Shown here one piece after another: positions 1-17,289 of a DNA stretch of 64,000 bases. The stretch's first letter is position 1; every line of letters begins with the position of its first letter. The DNA is from Eimeria praecox (Eukaryota): NCBI GenBank assembly GCA_963920595.1, contig OY986946.1, positions 4,340,001 through 4,404,000 of the forward strand. Direction: 5' to 3'. The translations under genes and the position numbers were made by a program. Under the pieces are notes generated by a model. The model made no database searches, had not been told where the DNA came from, and saw only the letters and a list, made by a program, of their open reading frames with translations.

Positions 1-545
1 GAGTTCTTCCTGATTGCACTTCGTCTATACGCCTTTGCTGATCCTCATACACCACAGACAGGCACAAATCTGCTTTCCATACCAGCTAGAGCAAAATAGA
101 GTACGCAATGATGCCTTGGGGGCTCGTTAATGCACCTGCCGTGTTGCAGCGGCAGGCGCCACAAAGCACAACAGTTTTGAGACAATCAATGAGGGATGGT
201 TTTAATTTTGTGGATGGTGTGCTTGCATTCATATTGAACCTGCAGGACCATCTGCAGCACCTGTGGCATGTTCTGCAGCTGCTACATCAGCGATGATTCG
301 TACAAGCACGAAAGGGTTTGTTTGTCATGGTAGCTATCAGATTCTTAGGATTTCGTGCCTCTTCAACAGTATTTGAACAAGATCCCCCGAAAATAGAGGC
401 ATTTGCAGGTGAATCTATCCTTCCTCATTCATGCGGGCATTCACAAGTTTCGTGATCTCGTATCGTGATACCGTAGCCCCACCCCTTCACTCACTAGCAC
501 CGCCGCCTCTCTTACTGGATCTACTGAAGGAAGAACACCCTTTCC
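1..545 (+). mobile_element. Degenerate Ty3/gypsy (chromovirus-like) reverse transcriptase relic, truncated by the window start
   Basis: The frame from 57 reads DRHKSAFHTS*SKIEYAMMPWGLVNAPAVLQR...FVDGVLAF...DHLQHLWHVLQLL...*FVQARKGLF...IRFLGF...DPPKIEAF. After frameshifts come GIHKFRDLVS*YR and PLT/DLLKEEHPF. These follow gypsy RT motifs (D.HKTAF, MPFGL.NAP..FQR, YLDD, FLG, DP.KI.AI, PLT.LLK) in order. Stops, frameshifts and loss of YxDD indicate it is dead. Confidence 0.85.
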
Positions 546-1790
546 CCCACCCAAAGAATTGGCTATGCGCGCATGTGAGCTGTCCTGCATTACTAGTTGT
601 AACATAGTGTGTAGCAGCCACTGGCAGGCAGCACTGTGCCCCCACAAGCTCCATGTCCTTGGGCGGCTGTGCCCAGGCGAGCAAGTGGGGGAAGGGGATA
701 TCAGCTATTTCTTTCGAGCTCTTTGTTAAGATCTCTCACTCTATTGCAGCTCACGACAGTCCTCAGCTAATAACGATGTCTCTCGTCGTAGCTTGCGTGG
801 GCGCTCACTGCTAGGAGCAAAACAAATGTTGAACCATTGCCTGCAATGTACGTGTATTCTCCCAACAGATATTCCTCATGCTTGAATGCGGGGTTACTAT
901 GCTGTAGGATTCGCAGCACAACTAAAGACAGACACACCCCCCACCCCCCCCTCCCCCTCCTCCCCCCCGTCAGACTGGCAGCAGGATGCCGGTGTATGCA
1001 GAAGGGCTGTAGGCCTGAGGAGAGGTCGATTGTTTGGGGGTAACAGTAAGCTTGAATGTTTTGTTTCTGCTGTGGTTGACGATGGCCCTCGAGTAAGATC
1101 GAGGCCTGTCGTTCTAAACGATCGAGAGAACAGCTATCGCAGGAAACCTGCTGAAACTAACAATATTTTTCGAGAATTCAACCCCAAAACCTGTTTAATA
1201 ATAATAAAAATAAAATTTATTTAAATTTTAATATAATTTTTATTTGATTTCAAAGTTGTTTATAGGTATTCATGGAGTACAATGACCTGAGCGATGGGGC
1301 TGGCGTTTGATGTGGCTGTTGTATGGTTTGCTCGTGCATGCATAAGAAAGCTGCATATTTATTTTAATTTCTAAATTTTATTTTATATATTTATATTTAT
1401 TTTTAAAAGAGAAGGATCATTTATATTCATTTTCTCTTCGCGTACAAGGCAAGGTATCTAGATTCAGGGTGAGAGAGTGGTGTTGGCAGCGGCGGGTTGC
1501 GTGTTAGGGTTTTTCTTGTTGTTTATTCTTGTTGTTTCTTCTTTCTACATGCGCGAAAACACATTTTTATATTCTTATCCAAAGATATTTATTAACTTTC
1601 CTTCGATTTAACGCCGAATGCTATACGCTATTACGCTGTCGACTCGCGAAACCTCTTCTAGTCTTGGCGTACAGGAGAGCTACGAGCCCGCGACGACTCG
1701 TAGATAATTTTGCCTGTCTTTTTCTTGTTTTATTCTCTTTTATTGCATGAATAGATACGTATGGTGTTGTTCTTATTCTTAACGAGAGAG

Positions 1791-1839
<49 letters not shown>

Positions 1840-2077
1840 GGGAGAGAGAGAGATAGAGAGCCATTAAACGCTACAATCCTCAGCTCCTGTGTTGCTATCG
1901 ACCTGAAATTCTAAGAAATATTTGTTGTCTGAAATTGTTTGATATATACTTTTTTAAACGAGGAATCGTCATCTTTATCATTTTGTACACAATCTCATGA
2001 AAATTCGCTTCATTTAAACCTATTTATGGTCTGTTTCGTGTTCATGTGTGCAGTATATACACCGCGTCGAAGAGAAA

Positions 2078-2437
2078 ATGGCGCTTGAGCCCGAAGGTAG
2101 GTTGCCTGCATCCCGCATACATGCAGCAACAAGTTTAATTCTTATAAACACTAATTAAGAGTGTATTTAATAATGTATTAATAGTGTATTTAATTAATAT
2201 CATAAATACTGAGAGAGGGAGGGATGATTCCATTAGTATGAACGTATCGCTAAGATAAATTATTATTATTATTATTATTTTTTCTCGGGTGTATATGCAG
2301 CTTGGAATGTTTTCATCGGTGTAGGAGTATTTATCCTCATCATTGTTGCTTTTGCAACATATGTGAATATACAGCTGAAGCAACGCGATGCAGGAAAACC
2401 AAAGAAGGTATATATATTTAAATCAATAAATAAATAA

Positions 2438-2475
<38 letters not shown>

Positions 2476-2714
2476 CTGAGATTAATATCTCCCCTTTCAC
2501 TGTTCTTTCTGCTTTCGCATGCATTACAGAGACAGACATCAAATGTTAATTATTTGTTCTTGTTGTTTAATAAACTTCAGCTTAGTAGTTGAAAAGCTGT
2601 GGCCTGCAATGTTGATGTTGCTGCAAACATCACGTCTAACCTCTGCCTCTGTTTTGTGCTGCGGTGCTTCTTCAGTCTAAGAAGAAAACTAAGGAGTACT
2701 GGTCCCTCGAGTAA
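2078..2714 (+). CDS. 54-aa single-pass membrane microprotein with basic C-tail (S1FA-like architecture); exons 2078-2096, 2301-2407, 2676-2714
   Basis: Canonical GT-AG junctions in consistent phase (1, 0) give MALEPEAWNVFIGVGVFILIIVAFATYVNIQLKQRDAGKPKKSKKKTKEYWSLE*. Start context is AAAATGG. Confidence 0.75.
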
Positions 2715-2959
2715 TCTCTCTCCCCCTCATTCGCTCTATCTATTTATCTATCTATTTATTTATCTGTCTATCTATTCATCTATTTATCTATTTATCTATT
2801 TATCTATCTATCTATCTATTTATCTGTCTCCCCCCTCTTGGCGTTTACTTAGATATATGATTTAAGAATCAATTTGTTTTTAGCCTAACAATCGTAGCTA
2901 TCTTGTGCATGCAGCTCCTTGCAGCAGCGCTCGGGGCCTCATAAGAAACATATTGAAAG

Positions 2960-3004
<45 letters not shown>

Positions 3005-3853
3005 GTAGCTGTAAAGAGTATATATATATATACTAGCGACAGCGAGGGTGGAAAGCCTTAGGTGTTGTATAGTATGTATAGTATCTATTATTAAATCTAT
3101 AATCCCTCTCTCACTCATCATTCCTCTTTCAGAGGCGAGTGTGCGTTTTCTAGAAATGAAACAAACTCAATTAAATTATTAAAATTTTATTATTTTCTAT
3201 CTTTCATATAAATATCGCGAAATAATAGCATGAATGCATGCATCGGTCCTATAGCGAAGTCTGTCTACAGTTGGTTTATTCTATTTATTATTAATTAATA
3301 ATTAATAATTAATTATTTATTTTTTATTTATTTAGACTATTTAAATGTATTTAACGGATATAAAGAGTAGCTTGCAGTTCACTATATATAAGAAATTATT
3401 AATATATTAAACTAAAATATAACTTAGGAGGCATCAAACAAAGTTAAAAGAAATAAATTCATCAATGAAGATCTCAAATTTTCGGTACGAGTTTAACAAG
3501 AGAGTTTTTATATTTTAGGGAGATTAGAGGAATGCTCCTTTGAACCTATCAGCCTATTTGCATGCAATATCCTTAAAGTTCATGTATTTATCTATTTATT
3601 TATATATTTATTAATGTATATTTCTTCTACTTCGCTAACTGTGTTTGAACCTACTTACTTATTTCTCCTCTAATGAAAGAATAGAAAGAAGGAGTTGAGG
3701 AATAGTAGAAATATCAACAACCTCAATCTTTTTTATTGTACATGTTTTATATTTATTATATTATATTATTATATTATATATTATATATTATATATTATAT
3801 ATTATATATTATATATTATATATTATATATATAATATAATATAATAATATTGT

Positions 3854-7700
<3,847 letters not shown>

Positions 7701-8020
7701 ATTATGAAGAAATCAAACAATATTCAATCAATAAAACACTTTCTTTTAAAATAAAAGATATTTTAAGAATAAATATAATATTAATTTCGACTCACAACAA
7801 TGTACCCTACTATTGCTCTGGTATATACTGAGGGCCCCCGGCCCCCACACCGGCATTCAACTTCTTAATTGTAGTATAATTTAAGAAAAAACATGTGTAT
7901 ATTGAGAAGGAATATGAAATAATATCTTGAAAATAATAATTAAATTTAATATTATATTAAAAATATTTCTTAAACACTAGAGAGAGAGAGAAGAAACACA
8001 CTACACTCTCTTCATGAGAT

Positions 8021-8028
8021 TGCATGCA
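8021..8028. promoter_or_regulatory. TGCATGCA octamer upstream of ZPR1 (others e.g. 1335, 2906, 35174)
   Basis: Palindromic motif known to be enriched in Eimeria and to be an ApiAP2-type site in apicomplexans. Function here is not shown. Confidence 0.35.
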
Positions 8029-8383
8029 AGTGTGATATTTTGTAGTTTCTTATTTATATATTCTTCTACAAACAAATTAATATAAATAAATATTTTTATA
8101 TATGTGTACTACACCGATTTCAATAACTATCATCATACTACTACAGTGTATACACTATTCTCTGTAGTGGGGGAATCAAAGAATATATCTGCAGAGATAA
8201 GTTCATAACAGATTTGTGTGTTTTGTTCTTTCATAGAAATAAATGTAGTACGAATAAATACAATGAGATCGAACGAGTCCATAAAGTAGTTATTTCATAA
8301 CATTTAGTGACGTTGGGGCGTTGGAGTTGCTCTCAGACACACTAATAGAAGAGCGGGTGGAGCTGTAGTTGCTTCTGCTACAG

Positions 8384-8453
<70 letters not shown>

Positions 8454-8542
8454 TTCTTCTTTATTCATTTTAGATTTGTTAGATCGTTCTCGGCAGCCCG
8501 CAGCTTTTGACCACCCCACTGTTACTACAATTACTCATGCGC

Positions 8543-8602
<60 letters not shown>

Positions 8603-8659
8603 GCTAAGAAGAAGACATAGTTGTTTACCCGAGTTTGTGTGTGCAGATAAGTCAAGTAG

Positions 8660-10305
8660 GTTTGAGGCTGTCGTCGGGATGAATCTAATTTAATAAAACG
8701 CTTCAACCAAGCCGTCTAACGATTCAACATCTAAAACCTGCAAACCATTAAGTAACTCATCTATCCCTTTTGAAGAACATCTTCCCTTCATCGTAATTTT
8801 ACTGAGACAGTGGAAGTTAAACAAACATGCAACCGCTCGTTCTTTATCTTCCTCAGCCTCTGATTGTGTCTAATTGATCTATTTGACAGTTGAACTTCGC
8901 CTTTTCTTAGCAGTTAAACCTTTCGACTTCAGACTTACTCTTAAAGATACAGAAGCTCCATGAACCTCAGAATAAAGCTTAGGGCTTATCAGACAATGCC
9001 GTCCATGATATACATAGAGTTGTTAGCGGGTTGATGGCCCCATAAAAGTTTCTTCTTACTGTGGATACTTAGAAACTCCTCGTCCACTTGCGACAGCTCA
9101 CGCTGTTTCTCGGGAAGTAACTTGACTGAGTCCCCCCAAACTATTACCTTCGTGTAAGACCATCACGCCCCCACCATCGCCTTTAGATTCCGTAGGAGCC
9201 TCTATTCTCTTTTTCTTCATGGGAAACTGATTCCACTCCTCTTACTGTAGAGAATAAAAATGCTGCTGGGAGTGCCACAAGGTATACTCTCTCATTAAAC
9301 ATCACGGCAAACATACTTCAATGCTGTCGTCTAAGAGCCGCGGAGGCGCCGTCTCCCGAGTCTCCCTCCTCCTGCCCATGATAACTTTGTAGTGGACCAC
9401 GAGAAAGTATTAATCTCGTATTTTGGTAATTAGACACAATTATTCGTTGAGTCCGTATCTTGCCACCATGCCTTCACCAAGGTATGTGTTCTGTCTGACA
9501 TCCGCAAAGCCTGATCGCAGACACTGCGATCAGGCTTTGCGATCGATTTATTTTATAAATAATTAATTGGGATCGATTATTTATTTATTAGCTGCATGCC
9601 GTCGTATCTCCAGATATCTTATCCGCTTTGCAGTTTATTAGAAGCAGAACCACCAAGTCCTCACCATTAACAGGAACTCGAATAAGCACAGGGTTGACTC
9701 GATGACAATCTATACTTGCAGCTTTCATCTCTTTCAGTCCTATCACTGCCCTGAGCGCTGCCTCTGGACCAGCGGGCTTCTCTGAATGCTTTGCTTGCTT
9801 ACCTCGCGACGCCGTACACATAGAAGTGTTGCAAGCGCATTTGCTGCGAATCATCGCGCTTCACGAGATCTCTGCTGCTGTGATGATGAGGCTCATTGCC
9901 CGCACCGGTCAAAGTAGCGTATGCTGTACCCTCCAGTGTACCGAGGGTCCTCGATACACATGGGATAGCATATACATACACATATATACACATACATACA
10001 TACATACATACATACATACACACATACATATACATATACGTATTACACATACATACCATCGGGATAGCACAACATGATTCATCTCTTTATAGCAAGGGTC
10101 CTACATCTCAGCTGAGGACTGCTCCCAGCTGCACAAGGGTAGGAGCAATTGTACAAGAGGATGAGGATGATAGTAGAGGAGCTGGCATGTTTTGAGCTGC
10201 GACTCAACTTGCTGCAACTCGTGTTGAAAGACAGCCCATATTCAAACACAACTACTCCACCCGTTGTTTCTCTCACTAGCACTTTACACTGTACTGTAGA
10301 CATCC
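8660..10305 (-). mobile_element. Highly decayed LTR-retrotransposon internal region (gag-like, protease-like, RT-like)
   Basis: On the minus strand, in gypsy order: gag-like VRETTGGVVVFEYGLSFNTSCSKL (~10200-10280); retropepsin-like LIRVPVNGEDLVVLLLINCKA (~9625-9690); RT-like NFHCLSKITMKGRCSSKGIDELLNGLQVL...LVEAFY*IRF (~8680-8820, compare DYR.LNK.T.K..YPLP.IDELL..L). The gag and protease calls are weak. Confidence 0.5.
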
Positions 10306-10368
10306 GATAAACTCATACTTGGTCCGCTGGAACCAGCCTTTAAGCAAGTAAGTAGACAAGCACCAACA

Positions 10369-10369
<1 letters not shown>

Positions 10370-10420
<51 letters not shown>

Positions 10421-10443
10421 ACACACTCACACACACACTCACA

Positions 10444-10494
<51 letters not shown>

Positions 10495-10497
10495 TCA

Positions 10498-10548
<51 letters not shown>

Positions 10549-10553
10549 TCACA

Positions 10554-10612
<59 letters not shown>
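10370..10612. repeat. (CA)n microsatellite; (TACA)n at ~9970-10050
   Basis: Directly visible. Confidence 0.95.
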
Positions 10613-11198
10613 ACGCAACCCTACCCACTCCCAGAGTCATAACCTTGGATCACTGTGCCCATAATGTCTGGAGACTGAGAGGAAGGCCAACTGCATATCA
10701 CGCCCCGCATATGATACTGACGTTCATATCTCTACTCGCTCGTATGCTGACAGTGGAGGGGCAAGCAAGCGATTGATGGCTGTCTACACGACAGTCTCCA
10801 ATGCTGACGCATGCAAAAGAATGGGGGAGTGGTTGTGTGTACGTATAGGGGACGGACTGCCCTTCAGCACTTGCTGCAGCAACACAACTCTGCCCTGCAG
10901 CACTTGCTGCTGCAACGTACATACACCCCATGACACCGCAGCACTCCCCCAATTAGTTGTTGGCCCTCGCGCCGCTGTGCTCGCTGTGCTAGTGGAAGCT
11001 GTGTGTGGAAGCTACGAGGCTACAGGGGATATCGTCTGTGTCCTCCAACCTCTTTCCTCTCTCCTCAAGTCTTTCTTAGCTGCAGCTCGCTACAGTCAAC
11101 AACCCCGAATCTGTCCCCCTCCCCACTAAATACTACTCCTTGTAAACATTTTCTACAAGTCTTAAACCTCCTGTACATCATAACAATTCTTAATATAA

Positions 11199-11244
<46 letters not shown>

Positions 11245-12200
11245 TATATTAATTCTTAATATAAATTAATCTCCCTCAAATGCCACTCGCTACTTCTTCC
11301 TCTTCCCTCTTACTTTGTTGCTGTTTGCTTTAGAGGGCAGTGAGGAGTAGGTTATTAGGTTATTAACAACTACTGCGTCATTAATACCATGACAAACAGA
11401 TATAAAATATAATTAATATTTAAATTTTACTATCATATTTATTATTTACATCGTCAAATCTTCTCTCTGTCTCTCTGTCGCTCTCTCTCGCTCTCTTCAG
11501 GTGTACGTACACCTCGGGACTCATCAACCCCACGCCCGGTGCAAATTGAGATATTTTGGGCTTAAATATATTAAATAGAATGGTTTTTTATATTTTAAAT
11601 AATATTTTAAATATAATAAAGGTATTTAACACAGAAAAGAGAGAGAAAATAGGAGACGGCGCTGCCCCTGTATGTACAAGCCTAGGGAAGCAGTAGCACC
11701 TGTTGAGTTGCGGGCGTCGCGGTGTATGATGATATAATATGTTTGTAATAATGTGTTATAATAATTTAATAAAAGTATTAATTTGTATAAAATAATAAAT
11801 ATTAAATATAAAATATATATATAAATAATAATATTATCGATATTTAAGAACAGGCTCGATACAGTAGGGGGACCGTAGCGCTGCCCGCTACGTTCGCTAG
11901 GGTGCGTTGCTATGTAGAGAAGAAGCTGGCGTTGTGTGTTTGTTGTTGTTTTCGTTATTACAGGAATAAACAACACAAAATATATATATTTATTGTGTTT
12001 ATTAAGTCAATTACTTGTTTAATATTATCTTTCTCTCCTTTTATCGTGGTCTTTTCGTCTTCTTAGGGGACGTTATCATCATTGCGACGATATTATATAT
12101 ATAATATATATATATAATATATATATATATATATAATATATATATATAAAGAGCTGTTTGTGTTGTTTGTGTTGTATATATAAGGATATATCTTCTTAAG

Positions 12201-12788
12201 ATGAAGCTGTTCAAGGTCTTCGGTTTACCGAGTGTGGGTTTGTTGTATCTAACATCGAATGCGTTTGCTGAAGAGATAGGAGGAGGAGGAGGAATAGAAG
12301 AAGAAGATATGGGGATAACAACAGGAGAGCTAGCTGTAGAGGGTTTGAAGGCAGTGGGGAGTTTATTTAATTTTTTAGGTGAGGGTTCAAACAGTGTAGA
12401 AACAAGATTAGATGCAGCAGCAACATTTATAAAAAATGTTTTATTACAACTACAACCAAATCAAGATTTAGTTAAGGGAACAATTGAAGCAATTGATGCT
12501 GTTTTAAAAGGAGAGAAGCAATCGAATACGATATTACAACAGATGGAGGAGATAGTAGAAAGAATAGAGACAGGTGTAGATGAGCAGGAAGAGATAGAAT
12601 TACGCAATCAAATGAAGCAGCTCAAACAAATGTTAATTAATATTAATACCAATGCTGCTGTTGATGCTTTGGAGGCGTATGGTGTGTCTGTACAAGATAA
12701 AATGCCTAGCAGCATTGAAAGCTACGTAGAACAAGTAGCAGAGTCGTATGTTGAACGCCTTGTTAGTAAGTATGCATCTTATATGTAG
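12201..12788 (+). CDS. Secreted hypothetical protein, acidic and probably alpha-helical (195 aa; possible splice donor GTAAGT at 12766)
   Basis: Repeat-free ORF with signal-peptide-like N-terminus MKLFKVFGLPSVGLLYLTSNAFA/EE. No family recognised. Confidence 0.75.
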   Translation: MKLFKVFGLPSVGLLYLTSNAFAEEIGGGGGIEEEDMGITTGELAVEGLKAVGSLFNFLGEGSNSVETRLDAAATFIKNVLLQLQPNQDLVKGTIEAIDAVLKGEKQSNTILQQMEEIVERIETGVDEQEEIELRNQMKQLKQMLININTNAAVDALEAYGVSVQDKMPSSIESYVEQVAESYVERLVSKYASYM

Positions 12789-13175
12789 ATAGATATATAG
12801 ATATATATTAATATTAATATTAATATAAATAGATATCTATATATACATATCTTTTATCTATCTGTCTATCCATCTATCTATCTATATATACATATAATAT
12901 ATATATATATATAATATATTATATATCTTTATGTAGATATATTTATATTTATTTATATATATAAAAAAAATAAAAAAAATAGAGAGAATGCCTCCTCAGT
13001 CGTGTACAATACAACTTCATACTCGGGCTGTTAACAGCAGCAGCTGAGAGTGCTGTATGTATAATATATAATATTTATATATATTATATATATTATATAT
13101 ATATAATATATAATATATATAGGATATATATTATGCACATTATATAATATATAATAATTATATATATACACGCAC

Positions 13176-13246
<71 letters not shown>

Positions 13247-13463
13247 TGTCTGAACACCTGTATGCATGCATGCAGTTGGCGTCTTCGTTTATGCATTTTT
13301 GTTACTTTTTGACTTCTTTTGTTAACTCGAAGTTTAAAAAAGAGAGAAGGCGAGGAGGAGGGGAGAGAGAGAGATAGTATATATAATATATATAATAGAT
13401 AGAATAGATAGAATATATAATATATATAATAGAATAGAGAGAGAGACAGAGGAGGTAGAGATA

Positions 13464-13506
<43 letters not shown>

Positions 13507-13896
13507 TAGAGATATAATATATAAGATATATAGAGTAGATAAAGAGGCTTAGTAGATAGGGAGAGAGAGAGAGATAGTAGAGTTAGAAAACATAAAGTAT
13601 GGAGTGAGTGGGGTGTATGTACACCGTGTAGACACTACTATAGAAATAACATACTAGGTACATTATATAATATATATATATATATATATGTAATGTATAA
13701 CATAGTTGTAGATATTAGTATGGGGTTTGTTAGCTGTAGTGTCTCTCTCGGGTGTACAGACACCTCAGCGAGGATTTGTAAGTAATATATTTAGGAGATG
13801 AATTATATTTAAATAGCGAACTGAGGGATTAAATATTGGGAGGAGACAGACGCTGTCTCTGTCTCTCTACTCAGGGTTTGAGGGGGTGAGTTAGCG

Positions 13897-13935
<39 letters not shown>

Positions 13936-14244
13936 GCAGCAGATGAGTTGTTGATAGGAGAGCAAGACAAACAGAAGGGGTTTGCTGCTGCTGCTGCTGC
14001 TTGCTGCTGCTGTTGCTGTTAATTAATTAGTTTTAATTAATTGTTTGTTAGTGTTGTTAGTAGCTGAAGGAGACAGAGCACAGCCATCGTATTGGGGTGT
14101 ACAGGCAGCTCAAGTGTAGCTACTGAGGGTCTCTATAGAAATACAAAAGACTGCAGCAACACAAATAGATGACCTGTATGTACACCTGAAGTACGTACAG
14201 ACACAACAGCAGGAAGAGAGGGAGACATAGCTGCCTAGACACCT

Positions 14245-14284
<40 letters not shown>

Positions 14285-14406
14285 TGATAGATAAACGTAG
14301 AATATAAGAAGAGACAAAACAAAGAAAGACAGAAAACCTACAAATTAAAAACAAGCATCCCCTTTAAAATGTTTAAATAACAAAAAGGGGAGAGATTGGT
14401 GCTGCT

Positions 14407-14457
<51 letters not shown>

Positions 14458-14676
14458 CCGCGTCGAGAGCGGTCTGATAGGATTTGGTTTTCTTAATGTT
14501 TATATTTATGAAAGAAGTATATAAATATAAATATAAATAATTAATTAAATTAAAATTAAAATAAATATTATTTTCAAATTTAATTAAATATATAAACAAC
14601 AAAACACAACAAATAATCTCTCTCTCTCAAATCTTGCAGCAGCCGACGCCGACACCGCTGGGCTGTCCAATGGATA

Positions 14677-14746
14677 AACCCTAAACCCTAAACCCTAAAC
14701 CCTAAACCCTAAACCCTAAACCCTAAACCCTAAACCCTAAACCCTA
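14677..14746. repeat. Interstitial telomere-like (AAACCCT)n array
   Basis: About 10 tandem heptamers. Many more arrays follow throughout the window. Confidence 0.95.
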
Positions 14747-14845
14747 AGAGATAGATTTTCCCCTTGGGCTTCATCTTCTTAGTTTACGAATGCAAGAAGA
14801 AACAATGAATGGCTGCAGCGTAGAGAAGCCCTCACAGTGTCTCCT

Positions 14846-14944
<99 letters not shown>

Positions 14945-14997
14945 GTATTGTATCTACTTTCCCTTGCAGTGCTAGGGATCTAGGGGTCTTCTAGATA

Positions 14998-15204
14998 ATG
15001 AGGCCTCCTCAGCTGTTGGTAGCTGCTTGTGCTGCTGCTGCTGCTGCTGCAGCAGCAGCAGCAGCATGGAGACCGTCTGAAGCCCTATCTTCAAAGACAC
15101 AAACAAAATACACAGCAAACCTGCAGCATTTGGGGCCCCATGGGGGCCCCCTACGGACTGGGGAGGCCCTCTATGAGACAGCAGCAACAACACCAACAGC
15201 AGCA

Positions 15205-15243
<39 letters not shown>

Positions 15244-15359
15244 GAGGAGGACAGACCTCAAACTGCAGCAGCAAGAGAAGCAGAAGCTGCCATACACACC
15301 GAGGAAAATGTGCTGCAGGATATCGCATTAGGAAGACATACAGGGACCTCAGCTCTGCT

Positions 15360-15399
<40 letters not shown>

Positions 15400-15546
15400 G
15401 AGCAGCAGCAGCAAGAGAAGCTATACAATGCAGCAGAAGAAGGAGACAGAAACAAAATAAAGACGAAGGATAATCAAGGAGATATTTTAAATCTTCTGAG
15501 AGAATGGCAGATCGCTGAAACCGAAGCTGCTGCTGCTCGAAAGGTG

Positions 15547-15611
<65 letters not shown>

Positions 15612-15690
15612 GCTAGAGCGTTTGTTGCTCATTAGCGAACTCGACTCAGGCATTGAAGGACTCTCGAGGTCTTTCCTGCCTCTCACCCCT

Positions 15691-15745
<55 letters not shown>

Positions 15746-16198
15746 CGACGAGCACAACTACAACGCCAGCTCCAGAAGCAGGAGGAAGGAGAGCAGCAGC
15801 AGATGAAGAAGATCCGTGCAGCGATGCTGCTGCTGTTGCAGCAGCAAAAGCAGCAGCAGCAGCAGGATTAGAGACAGTAGCTGCTCTTGCTGCTGCGGGA
15901 AGAGAACAGTTGCTGGCAGCAGCAACAGCAGCAGCAGCAGCAGCAGTCCCCACAGAAGGAGCAAGAAGTCTTATTGAGGCTTTCTTCGATCAGCTTGGCC
16001 CTCCTGTTGTTCTTGAGTTTGATTCTGCTGCTGCAGCAGACACAGCAGACACAGCAGCAACAGCAGCAACAGCAGCAGCAACAGCAGCAACAGCAGCAGC
16101 AGCAGCAGGCAGCAGCACACCCCCACGTGTGATGGTGGAGAGTGTGAGAGACATAACCAACAGCAGCGTACACTTCAGGGTGCGTGCTGTCGAGCCTC

Positions 16199-16233
<35 letters not shown>

Positions 16234-16395
16234 GCAGCAACAGCAGCAGCAGCACCAGCAGCAGCAGCAGCAGGGTCTCACTTCCTGATGAGATTGGAGA
16301 GAAGCAAGCGAGCAAAGACAGCAGACGATGCTTTTGCTGCAGCAGAAGACAGACAGAAACGCATGCATGCAGTGCTGCAGCTGCTGCAGGTGCAG

Positions 16396-16430
<35 letters not shown>

Positions 16431-17249
16431 GCAACAGTTAGAGCCCTTTCTGTACGACTACGAGGAGCAGCAAATAGCGGCTGAACAGCAGCAACAACAG
16501 CAGCAGCAGCAACAGCAGCAACAGCAGCAGCAGCAGCAGCAGCAGCAATCAGCAGCTCTGAAAGAGGTGCGGAGACACCTGCTTCTGCCTCTGTGGCTAG
16601 GGCAGCTGTCTCTTCCTAGTCCTATTGCTGCAGCAGCAGGAGACGATGTGTTGTTGAATTGGATTGAGGTGTATCCTGACGTGCTGCTGCGGCTGCAGCA
16701 GCTGCAGCAGCTGCAGCAGCTGCAGCACCTACAGCTACAGGCTCATTGGTTTCTTGCTTTGCAGCTGCTGCATGCAGCAGCAGCACTACAGAGAGCTGAA
16801 CTGTATCTTGAAGCTTTTGAACCTGAGTCTGTATGGATCAGTATAGACGGTAGTTTGCTGCTGGGAGGTGTACATACACTGCAACACCTGCAGCAGCTGC
16901 AGCAGCAGCAGCAGCAGCAGCAAACGGTGTGCGATCAAGAGAAGATATATACACCGTGGAAGGCGTACATACAACCTGAGAGAGCCTTCTGTTCGTCTAC
17001 CGTATCTATGAAAGAGAAAGAGTTGTGGCTGCAGCAGCAGCAGTTGCTGCTGCTGCAACACCAACACGATCCTCGTGCTGCAGCAGCAGCAGCAGCAACA
17101 GCAGCAACAGCATGGGGGCTGGGATTGCTGCTGTTTTATATATCTTGTGCTCAACGTCTTCCTTATCGTATATCTCCTATCGCAAGTGAAGAAGATACAC
17201 TGCAGCAATTGCGGCGTCTATACACCTCAGCAGTAGCAGCAGACACCAA

Positions 17250-17289
<40 letters not shown>

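Noticed and set aside
837..1224. ORFs 837-1043 and 886-1224
   Set aside because: No recognisable motif or supported splice partners. Probably retroelement flank or upstream/UTR sequence.
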